A DNA stretch of 64,000 nucleotides from an uncultured cyanobacterium (GCA_903934745.1 CAIZOZ010000062.1:1392-65391); one strand, 5' to 3'; shown: positions 19,963 through 29,572, numbered from the stretch's first letter. Notes: a model not told the origin generated them from the sequence alone. Program-made: numbers and translations.

Positions 19963-20084
19963 GGCATTGGCCACGTACAACCGCCGGTACTGTAAGGAGA
20001 CCCCTCTGCCCCACTCTTGCCGCTTCGATTGGGTGACATAAAAGTTCAGCAGAATTCGTCTGGCTCTGTGCGCTGTTCAAGGCC

Positions 20085-20651
20085 ATGAATCCCTCGTTTC
20101 TCGGTGTCCTCGCTGCCGTTGTTCTCACCGGTCTGTGGGTGACCAGCCGGCGCCGCGCTCGGCCATTTCTGCGCACGAGCGATACCAGCGTGGTGGCGGC
20201 TCTCAATCGCGCTCAAATTGCCCTGGTGACCAGTCGGGACCCGAGTCCAGCGCTGGCTCAGCACGAGGAGGTTGGATCGGTGCTTGAAAGCACCCTGGGG
20301 GCGAGCGTTTCTGCGTTCCCGTCCGCGCCGCCGCTGCTCCCTGCCGGTGCTGTACGCCAGCGGCTTGCCCTGCTGCGGCGGCTGGACGGTTGGTCGCGGG
20401 GCAGTGCCGCCGAACGCCGCCAGGCCATGGCCCTGGCCCGCGCCTGGCGCCACTCTTGTCTGCTGCCTCTGTTGCGCCGTGGTCTCCGGGATCCTGATCC
20501 GCTGGTGATGGCAGAGGCCGCTGCTGCGATGCAGGCTTTCCGCGGCCGCAGCCAGGCGTCTGCGTCCCAGGCACAGGCTTGGCAGCCCTGGTCTCAGGTC
20601 TCCAGTCCAGATCCCAGCTCCCGACCCCGCAAGGTGCTGCGCACGCGATAG
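20085..20651 (+). CDS. hypothetical protein, N-terminal TM helix and HEAT-like repeat
   Basis: 188 aa starting MNPSFLGVLAAVVLTGLWV, with an LLRRGLRDPDPLVMAEAAAAM HEAT/PBS-lyase-like repeat. Its 3' end overlaps the convergent GT2 gene by 58 nt. Confidence 0.45.
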   Translation: MNPSFLGVLAAVVLTGLWVTSRRRARPFLRTSDTSVVAALNRAQIALVTSRDPSPALAQHEEVGSVLESTLGASVSAFPSAPPLLPAGAVRQRLALLRRLDGWSRGSAAERRQAMALARAWRHSCLLPLLRRGLRDPDPLVMAEAAAAMQAFRGRSQASASQAQAWQPWSQVSSPDPSSRPRKVLRTR

Positions 20652-21607
20652 ATCGGCCTTCCCTGGCTCTCGTGGTAGGTCCGCATCTGCAGCTCTGCCA
20701 GCAGGCCGAAGCTGAACAGCTGCACCCCACTCAGGATCGCCAGGACGGCCATCAACAGCAGCGGGCGGTTGCCGATGTCCATCCCCAGCAGCAGCTTTTC
20801 GCCCACCAGCCACAGCGCCAGCGCCAGTCCCGCGCCCAGGCTCACCAGGCCGGCAAAGCCGAAGACATGCATGGGTCGGGTCAGGAATCGCTTCATGAAC
20901 CACACGGTCAGCAGGTCCATCAGCACGCGGAAGGTGCGATCGATGCCGTAATTGCTCTTGCCGTAGCGGCGTGGATGGTGGTTGACCTGCACTTCGCCGA
21001 TGCGGGCTCCCTCGATGAAGGCGAGGGCTGGCAGAAAGCGATGCAGTTCGCCGTAGAGGTTCATGTCGGCCACCACCTCGCGGCGGTAGGCCTTGAGCGA
21101 GCAGCCGTAGTCGTGCAGTTTCACCCCGGTGACCCGGGCGATCAGCCGGTTGGCCAGCAGCGATGGCAACAGGCGGCTGATGCTGTTGTCCTGGCGCTGA
21201 TGGCGCCAGCCACTCACCAGATCCAGCTCGCCTTGTTCCAGCTGGTTGAGCAGCAGGGGGATGTCGGCTGGATCGTTTTGCAGATCGCCATCGAGGGTGA
21301 CCAGAATCTCGCCCCGGCTGGCATCGAAACCAGCCGCCATCGCGGCGGTTTGTCCGTAGTTGCGGCGCAGCAGCACGGCCACCAGTTCCGGTGTTCGCGC
21401 CGCCATGTCCTGCAGCAGGGCAGGGGTGCCGTCACGGGAGCCGTCGTCGACCAGCACGATTTCGAAACTGCGGCCGAGGGGCTTGAGGGCTGCGAGCAGT
21501 TGTGCGAGCAGATGGGGGAGGCTGCCTTCTTCGTTGTAGAGCGGAACCACCACCGACAGACTGGGACGGCCGGACTCCGCCATGGTCGGTTGGGGCACAA
21601 GATGCAC
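20594..21607 (-). CDS. family-2 glycosyltransferase (polyprenyl-phosphate sugar transferase type)
   Basis: Contains VVVPLYNEE, VLVDDGSRDGT and LDGDLQNDP motifs plus two C-terminal TM helices. The start may instead be ATG 21583. Confidence 0.85.
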   Translation of the reverse strand: MHLVPQPTMAESGRPSLSVVVPLYNEEGSLPHLLAQLLAALKPLGRSFEIVLVDDGSRDGTPALLQDMAARTPELVAVLLRRNYGQTAAMAAGFDASRGEILVTLDGDLQNDPADIPLLLNQLEQGELDLVSGWRHQRQDNSISRLLPSLLANRLIARVTGVKLHDYGCSLKAYRREVVADMNLYGELHRFLPALAFIEGARIGEVQVNHHPRRYGKSNYGIDRTFRVLMDLLTVWFMKRFLTRPMHVFGFAGLVSLGAGLALALWLVGEKLLLGMDIGNRPLLLMAVLAILSGVQLFSFGLLAELQMRTYHESQGRPIYRVRSTLRGRELGSGLET

Positions 21608-21613
21608 CTGAAC

Positions 21614-22351
21614 TTAGGGGGGCAGGGGGCTGCCGTCGTGGCTGTGCATCACCCGTCCAGCGCCGCGCAGCTCCTGGCGGTAATGGCTGGCCACCGGATC
21701 CTGGTTCCGGGGGTTGAGGTCATCGAGGCCCAGGCCATTGCGGCCGTGCTCTCGGCCGGAACTGTGCAGATAGCGCCCGCCGCCCAGGTGCAGGCCCACA
21801 TGGGTGCAACGCTGTGGCGTACCGAAGAAGATCAGATCCCCGACCTGTAGCAAGCTGGTGACCCCTGGCCGCAGCGCCACGGGTTGGCAGAAGCGCTCCT
21901 GCAGGTAGGCGTCGCGCGGCAGCCAGATCCCCGCCGCCGCGAAGCTGGTCTGAATCAGTCCGGAACAGTCGAAATCCGGCCCGAGGCTGCCGCCCCATAA
22001 ATAGACATTCGGCTGCAGCATCGCCGCCTGGGCAAAACGCAACACCTGCTCAAGTCGTTGGGCGATCGTGGCTCGCTGCAGCTGCGGGAGCTGGGCCGGC
22101 GCGGCTGGTCGGCCCTGGCTGGCCAGGGCCGAGCGATCCAGCCAGCAGGGGTAGCCGTCCTCCAGCAGCCGCACCCGTAGCCGGCCGCCAGCCGCGATCT
22201 CCAGCACCCGCAGCCGCCGGCCCGCGGCCACCTGGGTGGCCAGGCCAGGGCCCTGGGGCCGGCTGTAGGCATTCAGGGGATGCTGCAGTTGCCAGCAGCT
22301 GCCCTGGGCGATGGCTTCGGCTTCGCTGCTGGTGCCTAATCTCGCCATCAA
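21614..22351 (-). CDS. NlpC/P60 (C40) cell-wall peptidase with N-terminal SH3-like domain
   Basis: YLWGGSLGPDFDCSGL catalytic Cys motif and a downstream GDLIFFG...HVGLHLG His motif. Confidence 0.85.
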   Translation of the reverse strand: MMARLGTSSEAEAIAQGSCWQLQHPLNAYSRPQGPGLATQVAAGRRLRVLEIAAGGRLRVRLLEDGYPCWLDRSALASQGRPAAPAQLPQLQRATIAQRLEQVLRFAQAAMLQPNVYLWGGSLGPDFDCSGLIQTSFAAAGIWLPRDAYLQERFCQPVALRPGVTSLLQVGDLIFFGTPQRCTHVGLHLGGGRYLHSSGREHGRNGLGLDDLNPRNQDPVASHYRQELRGAGRVMHSHDGSPLPP

Positions 22352-22365
22352 ACGTGTCTGGGGTG

Positions 22366-23319
22366 ATGGCGTTCTACAACCCGGATCCGTCCATGGCTCA
22401 GATCCTGGCGTCCCTGGTGGCTGCGCTGGAGAGGGATGGGAGGCCTGGACTGTCCAAGCAGCTCTCGATCACCTGGTTGCGTTATCCCGACTCCCTGGTG
22501 CAGCGGGCCGCCAATCTGGATGCCCGTGGCCTCGTGGAGCTGCCGGTGCGCGGTGCCAGCTGGGGTGGCGAGCGCCAGCGTTATCCCGCCAGCGTGGTCA
22601 AGTTGGTGTACCTGATGGCGGCCGAGGCCTGGTTGCAGCGCCAGTTGCTCGAGGACGACGAGGAGCTGCGCCGCGCCCTGGCGGACATGATCCGCGACTC
22701 CAGCAATGACGCCACTGGCCTGGTGGTGGACCTGCTCAGCGGCACCACCAGCGGTCCGTCCCTGCCGCCAGAGCGTTTCGGACCTTGGGTGCGGCAGCGG
22801 CAGCTGGTGAATGGTTGGCTGGCCAGCCTGGGCTGGCCCGAGTTGGAGGGCTGCAATGCCTGCCAGAAGACCTGGGGCGATGGCCCCTATGGGCGAGAGC
22901 GGGATTTCTATGGTCAGCAGCTGGACAACCGCAATCGCCTCAGCACCGAGGCCAGCGCCAGGCTGCTGCACACCGTGATTGCCGGCGCCATGGTGTCTCC
23001 GCCCGCCTCGGCGCGGATGCAGGAGCTGCTCCGTCGCTCCTTGGATCCGCTGCAACGGGAGGCCGATCCGGAGAACCAGGTGGATGGCTTCCTCGGTGCT
23101 GGCTTGCCCAACGAGGCCCGGCTGTGGAGCAAGGCCGGTTGGATGAGCCAGGCCCGCCATGATGCGGCCTACGTGGAGGTGGAAGGCGCCGATCCTTTCC
23201 TCCTGGTGGTGTTCAGCGAAGGCACGCAGGCGGCCGGCGACGAGGAGCTCCTGCCGTTGATCGCGGCTCGGTTGCTGCAGAGCTGCCACCAGGCCTCAGG
23301 CCATCGAGCAGGCGGCTGA
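22366..23319 (+). CDS. serine hydrolase, class A beta-lactamase-like
   Basis: SxxK (ASVVK), an SND/SDN-like loop (SSNDA) and a KAG (KTG-type) motif. ATG 22366 is preferred over the GTG at 22354. Confidence 0.7.
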   Translation: MAFYNPDPSMAQILASLVAALERDGRPGLSKQLSITWLRYPDSLVQRAANLDARGLVELPVRGASWGGERQRYPASVVKLVYLMAAEAWLQRQLLEDDEELRRALADMIRDSSNDATGLVVDLLSGTTSGPSLPPERFGPWVRQRQLVNGWLASLGWPELEGCNACQKTWGDGPYGRERDFYGQQLDNRNRLSTEASARLLHTVIAGAMVSPPASARMQELLRRSLDPLQREADPENQVDGFLGAGLPNEARLWSKAGWMSQARHDAAYVEVEGADPFLLVVFSEGTQAAGDEELLPLIAARLLQSCHQASGHRAGG

Positions 23320-23471
23320 GCGGGTACGCCTCCGCCTGTTCCGTTGCTGAGGGCCGTCGTCGCGTTGGTTCAGGCTCGCGGCTACGGCACCTCAGACGAT
23401 CTCCGCGGCGAGATCGGTGGCTGGCCGCGTCGGGTCGATCGGATGGGGCTGTGATTCGGGCTGGCACCAGA

Positions 23472-23565
23472 AAGTCCGGTTCGAGCCGCTCCGGGAGGGC
23501 TGCTTGAACCGGACTTGTCAGACCTTGCCGAGCCACCGATCCAGGGGCTGGATCGGTGGCTCGGC
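23472..23565. repeat. two adjacent strong palindromic hairpins (REP-like)
   Basis: - AAGTCCGGTTC...GAACCGGACTT (23472-23516).
- A perfect 18-bp stem, GCCGAGCCACCGATCCAG-ggg-CTGGATCGGTGGCTCGGC (23527-23565).
- The word GATCGGTGGCT also occurs at about 23411. Confidence 0.85.
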
Positions 23566-23586
23566 TGGATGGGAATCATCCGGGAA

Positions 23587-23675
23587 CGGAGAGGGAGGGA
23601 TTCGAACCCTCGACAGAAGTTGCCTCCTGTAACTCCTTAGCAGGGAGCCGCTTTCAACCACTCAGCCACCTCTCC
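23587..23675 (-). tRNA. tRNA-Ser (anticodon GCU)
   Basis: - The minus strand reads GGAGAGGTGGCTGAGTGGTTGAAAGC...CTGCTAA...
- Long variable arm, then ...GGTTCGAATCCCTCCCTCTCCG.
- 89 nt, class II tRNA. Confidence 0.9.
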
Positions 23676-23758
23676 AGCGGCCCGCTGAGCTTACCTGACC
23701 ATCCCGCACACCTGGGGCAACCTGCGGGGGGCCTGGGACTGGATCCAAGCCTCCGGCC

Positions 23759-26269
23759 TCAGTCGCCACGGAAGATCCGTTGCACCCGTCGGCTATCAAC
23801 GTTCACCAGCAGGTCATAGGCAATCGTGCCGGCACGGGTGGCCGCCTCCTCCGGGCGCAGCACCTGGCCCTCATGGGCGCCGAAGATCAGCACGTCGTCG
23901 CCGACGCTGGCCTCGGGCAAGGCCGAGAGATCGACGGCCATGGAATCCATCGAGACCCGTCCCAGCACGCGTACCCGCTGGCCCTGGATCATCACCTCGC
24001 CGCCGTTGGAGAAGCTCCAGGGCACCCCATCGTTGTAGCCGGCAGCGACGATGCCGATGCGCTGCTGCGGCGCTTTCACCACGTAGGTGCCGTTGTAGCC
24101 CACCCGCTGGCCGCGCCGCAGGTTGCTCACCTGCACCAGTCGGCTGAGGAAGGCCACGGCCAGCTCCAGTTCGATCGCGGCGGCCACGGCGGCGGAGGGA
24201 TGGAGGCCGTAGAGGCCGAGGCCGAGACGCACCATGTCGAAGCGGGCGGCGGCGAAGCGCACGGCACCGGAGGTGGCGGCGGCATGCACCACCAGGGGCT
24301 CGTCGCTTTCGGCGCGGATCGCTGTGACCGCCGTTTCAAAGCGGTGCAGTTGCTCCTGGGTGTAGGCATCAGCGGCCGGATCATCGGCACTCGAGAGGTG
24401 GGTCATGACGCCGCTGAGCCGCACCACCCCGGAAGCCCGCAGCAAGCGGGCCACACCGAGGGCCTCTTCAGGCGCCACCCCGACCCGACCCATGCCGCTG
24501 TCGATCTCGAGATGGACATCAAGGCTCGCGTCCATCGTGCGCAGGCTTTCCACCAGCACCTGCGCAAAGGTCAGGGAGTAGACGACCGGGGTCAGGCGCC
24601 AGCGCACGGCCTTGTCGACTTCGTCGCTGTCCATCAACAGCACCAGCACCGGCCGATGCACTCCCGCTCGCCGCAGGGCAGCCCCTTCATCGGCGGCTGA
24701 TACACCGATCCAGTCGACACCGCTCTCCTGCAGGGCCAGGGCGAGACGGGCCAGCTCCGTGCCGTAGGCCCAGGCTTTGAGCACGGCCAGGACGGCCACC
24801 CGGGGGCCGCAGACGGCGCGGAAGCGGGCGATGTTGTCGCGTACGGCATTGAGATCCACCAGGAAGCGGCGCGGCGCCATCGACTCCCAGATGGCGCAGG
24901 CGGCGCTGGCCAGACCTTGGCGCGCAGCGCCTTTGAGCAGCACGGTGTCGCCAGCCTGGGTGAGGCTGCGCATGGTTTGCCTCAGGGCGGTGTGATCGGC
25001 GAGTTCGATCACCGGGGCCTCCGGTCGGGCTGCCCGCCAGGCGGCGGCGGTGTGGCCCTGGGCGGGATGGGGCAGCAGCAGCAGATGGCTGAAGCCCTGT
25101 TCCGCCGCCAGTTGGCCGATCAGGGCGTGCTCGCGGGCTTCGCTGCTGCCCAGCTCTCCCATGCCGCCGAACACGAACAGCCGTCGACCTTTCTCCTGAC
25201 TGGAGCTCACTGTTTCGAGGGCGACCTGGACGGAGATCGGATCGTCGCTGGCACTGTCGTTGACGATCGTGATGCCATCGGGAGTACGCCAGGTCTCCAT
25301 GCGGGTGGGGCCGAAGCTGTAGTCGTGCAGCACAGCCACGATGTCGTCAACGCTGACGCCCAACTGCAGTCCGGCGGTCATGGCGATCAGCAGATCGTCC
25401 ACCAGGGGAGTGGAACGGGTGCGCACCGGCAGTTGCACCCGCTGGCCGCTGAAGTCGAGGCTGAGCAGCAGGCCGGTGCCATGGGGTTGTTGCGCCACCA
25501 GGCGGGGTTCGCTTTGGCCAGCCCGCAGGCGTCGGCAGGGCACGGGGATGGCGTCCAGCAGGGGATCGGCGGGCGCAAGCAGCCAGTGCTCGGACGGCAG
25601 ATTTCGGAACAGGATCATCTTTTCGCGGGCGGTGACCTCACGGCTGCCGAAGCCGCCCAGGTGGGCCAGTCCCACGTTCACCAGCACGCCGAAGTCGGGT
25701 TGCAGGATCCTGGCGATGCGCTCCATCTCGCCGGGGGCCGACACCCCGGCTTCGAACACCCCCAGGGCCGTACCAGGAGGGGCGGCGAGCACGGCCAGCG
25801 GCACCCCCACCTGGCTGTTCCAGCTGCCGGGGCTGGCGGCCACCCGGTAGCGCCGGGCCAGCAGGGCCGTCAGTGCACTTTTGACGATCGTCTTGCCGTT
25901 GCTGCCTGTGATCGCCACCACCTGGTGGATGTGCTGGCGGCGATACCAGGCCGCCAGTTGCTGCAGGGCCTCCAGGGGTTCGTCAACTTCGATCCGTGGC
26001 AGATCCGCGATCGGGGCCAACGCGGCCGAGCTCGACGCCGTGGAGGCCGGCCAGCCCCGACGTACCACCACCAGGCTGGCCCCCGCCGCGAGGGCGGCCC
26101 CGACAAAGCCATGGCCATCACGGCTGCGGCCGCTGAGGGCAAAGAAGACGTCGCCCGCCTGAACGCGCCGCGAATCGATCGCCACCGCCCGGATCGGTGC
26201 AGCCGCCGGCTCGCCGTGGAGCCGGCCTGCCAGCAGGCCGGCCAGCGTGCGGGGATCGGGAAAGGCCAT
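23759..26269 (-). CDS. murF: fused UDP-MurNAc-tripeptide--D-Ala-D-Ala ligase (MurF) / alanine racemase (Alr)
   Basis: - 836 aa.
- The N-terminal Mur ligase has an AITGSNGKT P-loop.
- The C-terminal ~370 aa has the PLP-lysine motif (AVLKAWAYG) and the alanine racemase C-terminal beta domain. Confidence 0.85.
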   Translation of the reverse strand: MAFPDPRTLAGLLAGRLHGEPAAAPIRAVAIDSRRVQAGDVFFALSGRSRDGHGFVGAALAAGASLVVVRRGWPASTASSSAALAPIADLPRIEVDEPLEALQQLAAWYRRQHIHQVVAITGSNGKTIVKSALTALLARRYRVAASPGSWNSQVGVPLAVLAAPPGTALGVFEAGVSAPGEMERIARILQPDFGVLVNVGLAHLGGFGSREVTAREKMILFRNLPSEHWLLAPADPLLDAIPVPCRRLRAGQSEPRLVAQQPHGTGLLLSLDFSGQRVQLPVRTRSTPLVDDLLIAMTAGLQLGVSVDDIVAVLHDYSFGPTRMETWRTPDGITIVNDSASDDPISVQVALETVSSSQEKGRRLFVFGGMGELGSSEAREHALIGQLAAEQGFSHLLLLPHPAQGHTAAAWRAARPEAPVIELADHTALRQTMRSLTQAGDTVLLKGAARQGLASAACAIWESMAPRRFLVDLNAVRDNIARFRAVCGPRVAVLAVLKAWAYGTELARLALALQESGVDWIGVSAADEGAALRRAGVHRPVLVLLMDSDEVDKAVRWRLTPVVYSLTFAQVLVESLRTMDASLDVHLEIDSGMGRVGVAPEEALGVARLLRASGVVRLSGVMTHLSSADDPAADAYTQEQLHRFETAVTAIRAESDEPLVVHAAATSGAVRFAAARFDMVRLGLGLYGLHPSAAVAAAIELELAVAFLSRLVQVSNLRRGQRVGYNGTYVVKAPQQRIGIVAAGYNDGVPWSFSNGGEVMIQGQRVRVLGRVSMDSMAVDLSALPEASVGDDVLIFGAHEGQVLRPEEAATRAGTIAYDLLVNVDSRRVQRIFRGD

Positions 26270-26373
26270 CAGAGTTGGAGGCTAGCCAGTCAGGCTGCGG
26301 CCAGGGTCGGTCGTGCCGGACACCGATGGCAAGGCCAGCTCTCGTTAGCCTGGGTTGAACTTCGGGAGGTGGC

Positions 26374-26874
26374 ATGGGTCACGTTCTCGTGCTGAATGCC
26401 TCCTACGAACCGCTCAACATCACCACCTGGCGGCGGGCGATGGTGATGGTGCTCAAGGGCAAGGCCGAGGGCCTCGAGCATGATCCCAACCACCGAATCC
26501 GGCCGGATCACCTGCTCCCCACCGTGATCCGCCTGCACCAGTTCGTGCGGGTGCCCTACCGCCAGATGCCGCTGAGCCGCCGCAATGTCTTCCAGCGGGA
26601 TGGCCATCTGTGTCAATACTGCGGCTTCAGCGGTGAGCCGCTCTCGATCGATCACGTTGTGCCCCGCAGCCGCGGCGGCGCCGACATCTGGGAGAACGTC
26701 ACCACCGCCTGCCTGCCCTGCAATGTTCGCAAGGGCAATCGCACTCCCCGGGAGGCCGGCATGCCTCTGCGTCGGGAGCCCCGCCGGCCCCCCACCAGCC
26801 TCAATTTCGAAACGATCCGCCGCATTCGTGCTGGCCAGAATCGTGAGTGGGCCAAATATGTGATCGGTGCCTGA
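26374..26874 (+). CDS. HNH endonuclease family protein
   Basis: 166 aa. CQYCG...DHVVPRSRGG...N...CLPCNVRKGN, an HNH/ββα-Me motif with two CxxC pairs. Confidence 0.85.
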   Translation: MGHVLVLNASYEPLNITTWRRAMVMVLKGKAEGLEHDPNHRIRPDHLLPTVIRLHQFVRVPYRQMPLSRRNVFQRDGHLCQYCGFSGEPLSIDHVVPRSRGGADIWENVTTACLPCNVRKGNRTPREAGMPLRREPRRPPTSLNFETIRRIRAGQNREWAKYVIGA

Positions 26875-26912
26875 TGGCGATGGCGGGTTGACCGTGCTTC
26901 CTGCCCCGTCGC

Positions 26913-28028
26913 TCAGCCGTTGGCGCCGCTGGCCTGGCTGGCGAGCTCCTGCAGCTGTCGGCTCTGTTCGGCGGCAATGCAGGCTTCGATCACGTCTTCG
27001 AGCTGGCCGTTCAGCACGGGCTCGAGCCCGAAGTTCTGGCCGAGCCGATGGTCGGTGAGCCGGTTGTCCTTGGCGTTGTAGGTGCGGATTTTTTCACTGC
27101 GATCGCCGCTGCCCACTTGGGAGCGGCGCACATCGCGTTCCCGGGCGTTGGCTTCAGCCAGCTGCCGCTCATAGAGCTTGGCCCGCAGGATTTCCATCGC
27201 CCGTTCACGGTTCTGCAGCTGGGAGCGTTCCTGGGTGCAGAACACGCGGATTCCGGTGGGTTTGTGCAGCAGGTCGACCGCGGTCTCCACCTTGTTGACG
27301 TTCTGGCCGCCGGCGCCACCGGAGCGGGCGGTGCTGATCTCCAGATCGCCCGGATCGATCTGCACTTCCACCGGATCGGCCTCGGGCATCACCGCCACCG
27401 TGGCCGTGGAGGTGTGCACCCGGCCCTGGGATTCGGTGGCCGGCACCCGCTGGACGCGATGCACGCCCGCCTCGAACTTCAGCTGGCTGTAGACGCCATC
27501 GCCCCGGATCGAAAGGATCAGCTCCTTGTAACCACCCAGGTCGGCTTCGGAGGCGCTGACCGGTTGCACCTGCCAGCCACGGCCCTGGGCATAGCGTTCG
27601 TACATGCGGGCCAGGTCGCCGGCCCAGAGACTGGCCTCGTCACCACCGGCCCCGGCGCGGATTTCGAGCATGACGCTGCGCTCATCGCGGGGGTCTGATG
27701 GCAACAGGGCGAGCGTGAGGCTCTGCAGCAGCGCGTTGATCCGTTGCTCGAGCGATTCCAGGTCGTGGACGGCCAGCTCCACCAGCTCCGCCATGGCCGG
27801 ATCATCCCGGTGCTCTTTGAGCAGGCTGCGGCTTTGCCGTTGCTCCTGTTGCAGCTTGCACAGCTGCTGGTGGTCGAGCACCAGCGGTTCCAGCCGGGCT
27901 CGTTCCCGGGCGATCGACTGCAGCCGCTTCGGGTCCGCCGCCAGGGCCGGGTCGGCCAGCTGTCGCTCCAGGGTGTCGAAGGTGTGACAGGCCGTTTCGA
28001 GGCGTTCACTGAGTAGGGCAGGGTCCAT
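26913..28028 (-). CDS. prfA: peptide chain release factor 1
   Basis: GGQ motif ([16 protein letters not shown]) and the RF1-type PxT tripeptide ([10 protein letters not shown]). Confidence 0.95.
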   Translation of the reverse strand: MDPALLSERLETACHTFDTLERQLADPALAADPKRLQSIARERARLEPLVLDHQQLCKLQQEQRQSRSLLKEHRDDPAMAELVELAVHDLESLEQRINALLQSLTLALLPSDPRDERSVMLEIRAGAGGDEASLWAGDLARMYERYAQGRGWQVQPVSASEADLGGYKELILSIRGDGVYSQLKFEAGVHRVQRVPATESQGRVHTSTATVAVMPEADPVEVQIDPGDLEISTARSGGAGGQNVNKVETAVDLLHKPTGIRVFCTQERSQLQNRERAMEILRAKLYERQLAEANARERDVRRSQVGSGDRSEKIRTYNAKDNRLTDHRLGQNFGLEPVLNGQLEDVIEACIAAEQSRQLQELASQASGANG

Positions 28029-28085
28029 GGCGAAGGGCGTCCAGATGGCGCCGGGACGGCAGGCGACGAGGCGCGGTGAGCGTTC

Positions 28086-28119
28086 AGAACAAAAGCCGGA
28101 TGTCCTGGAACATCCGGCT
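28086..28119 (-). terminator. terminator-like hairpin between rpmE and prfA
   Basis: The minus strand reads AGCCGGATGT-tccagg-ACATCCGGCT followed by TTTGTT. It lies about 60 nt upstream of the prfA start. Confidence 0.45.
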
Positions 28120-28374
28120 CGAAACCAGGGTCTGGTTGGGTCGCCGGCCAGAAGCCTGTGGACAGGCCGATCAACTCAATGAACCCAATCAACCGGGCTG
28201 ATCGGACTGGGATGGTTGGCTCAGCCCATGGTCAGGACAGCTGACTCCCCCCGTTGGGCCTTAACCGGTTTGTCGTGAGCTGAACGGTCGGGTTCGTAGC
28301 GTTGATTTCGAACGCTGCTGATTGGATTGCTCAGCCAGCAGCTCAGTCCTGTGGTTCCAACGTGGAACGTTGGT

Positions 28375-28674
28375 TCAGTCGGCTGCGATTTCTGCTGTCT
28401 CGTCAGTCGGGGTGGCGCTTTCGGCCGCCGGAGTGGCTGGTTGCTTCGCTGTTGTGGCGGAGTCGACACCTGCCATGCCGTATTTGCGCATGAAACGATC
28501 CACGCGGCCCTCGGTGTCGAGGATTTTCTGGGTGCCGGTATAGAAGGGGTGATTGCCACTCCATACATCGACGTTGAGCTGGGGTTGGGTGGAGCCGGTG
28601 GTCATCACCACCTCTCCATTGCAGATCACCTTGGCATCGGGATACCAGGTGGGATGGATGTCGGGCTTCGGCAT
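28375..28674 (-). CDS. rpmE: 50S ribosomal protein L31
   Basis: Starts MPKPDIHPTWYPDAKVICNGE, with HPFYTG. It has an Ala/Thr/Pro-rich C-terminal tail. Confidence 0.93.
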   Translation of the reverse strand: MPKPDIHPTWYPDAKVICNGEVVMTTGSTQPQLNVDVWSGNHPFYTGTQKILDTEGRVDRFMRKYGMAGVDSATTAKQPATPAAESATPTDETAEIAAD

Positions 28675-28712
28675 GACGGTTGAAGCGATCGGAGACGGAT
28701 AAGGAGCGGGAA

Positions 28713-29120
28713 TCAGCGCTTGGAGAACTGGGGCGCTTTACGAGCTTTCTTGAGGCCGTACTTGCGGCGCTCCTTGGCCCGGGGATCGCGGCTGAGGTGG
28801 CCTTCCACTTTGAGCGGCTTGCGATTGTCAGGGGAGAGATCACACAGGGCCCGGGCTGCACCCTGCTTGATGGCATCGGCCTGGCCGGTGAGGCCGCCGC
28901 CGCGCACATTCACCAGCAGGTCGTACTGGCCTTCGAGGCCGAGCGTCTGCAAGGGAGCCTTCACCGCCGCCAGGTAGACGGGGTTGTAGTTGAGGTAGTT
29001 GTCGCCGGGACGGCCATTGATGGTGACGGTGCCACTGCCGGGCACAACCCGCACACGGGCCACGGCCGTTTTGCGGCGGCCGGTTCCCCAGTAGACGACA
29101 CGGTTGGAGGAGCTGGTCAT
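28713..29120 (-). CDS. rpsI: 30S ribosomal protein S9
   Basis: 135 aa containing [19 protein letters not shown] and ending ...[12 protein letters not shown]. Confidence 0.96.
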   Translation of the reverse strand: MTSSSNRVVYWGTGRRKTAVARVRVVPGSGTVTINGRPGDNYLNYNPVYLAAVKAPLQTLGLEGQYDLLVNVRGGGLTGQADAIKQGAARALCDLSPDNRKPLKVEGHLSRDPRAKERRKYGLKKARKAPQFSKR

Positions 29121-29572
29121 TTGGTGGCGGTGGCGGCGGGATCGAGGGCGAGGGGCTGGGGCTGCTGGGCGGCGTGGGGGTGCTCAGCGCCCTTGTACAC
29201 CTTCAGCTTGCGGAACATCTGGCGCCCGAGAGCGTTGTGGGGAAGCATGCCCTTGATGGCCACCTCAACAATCCGCTCGGGGAGACGACCCTGCAGGTGG
29301 GCGAAGGTTTCGGTTTTCATGCCGCCAGGGCGGCCGGAATGACGGCGATAGAGCTTCTGGGTGGGCTTGTTACCACTGATGCGGATTTTTTCGGCGTTGA
29401 TCACAACGACGAAGTCACCGGTATCAAGATGAGGGGTGTAGGTGGGCTTGTTCTTGCCACGCAGCACCTGGGCCACCTCGCTGGCCAGCCGGCCGAGGGT
29501 CTGATCCGCCGCGTCCACCACGTACCACTGGCGGTCGAGCGTGTCGAGGGAAGGCAGGGTTGTCTTGTTCAT
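29117..29572 (-). CDS. rplM: 50S ribosomal protein L13
   Basis: Start at ATG 29572 ([21 protein letters not shown]). ATGA overlap with rpsI. The track ORF to 29845 is an upstream extension. Confidence 0.95.
   Translation of the reverse strand: MNKTTLPSLDTLDRQWYVVDAADQTLGRLASEVAQVLRGKNKPTYTPHLDTGDFVVVINAEKIRISGNKPTQKLYRRHSGRPGGMKTETFAHLQGRLPERIVEVAIKGMLPHNALGRQMFRKLKVYKGAEHPHAAQQPQPLALDPAATATK

Noticed and set aside
19974-19996. TTACA / TTGTAC words upstream of psaI, considered as an HLR1 (RpaB) site.
   Set aside because: The repeat spacing and the second half-site do not fit the HLR1 direct-repeat consensus, and the words lie within about 45 nt of the start codon.
23468-23520. AGAAAGTCCGG and CAAGCAGCC words resembling the RNase P CR-I and SRP RNA domain IV.
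   Set aside because: - The words are arms or loops of a simple local inverted repeat.
- There is no GGAA tetraloop context and none of the other universally conserved RNase P or SRP segments.
- The region is too short.
28221-28568. A 115-aa minus-strand ORF overlapping rpmE.
   Set aside because: It is an alternative frame of the confidently identified L31 gene and its downstream spacer, with no motifs.
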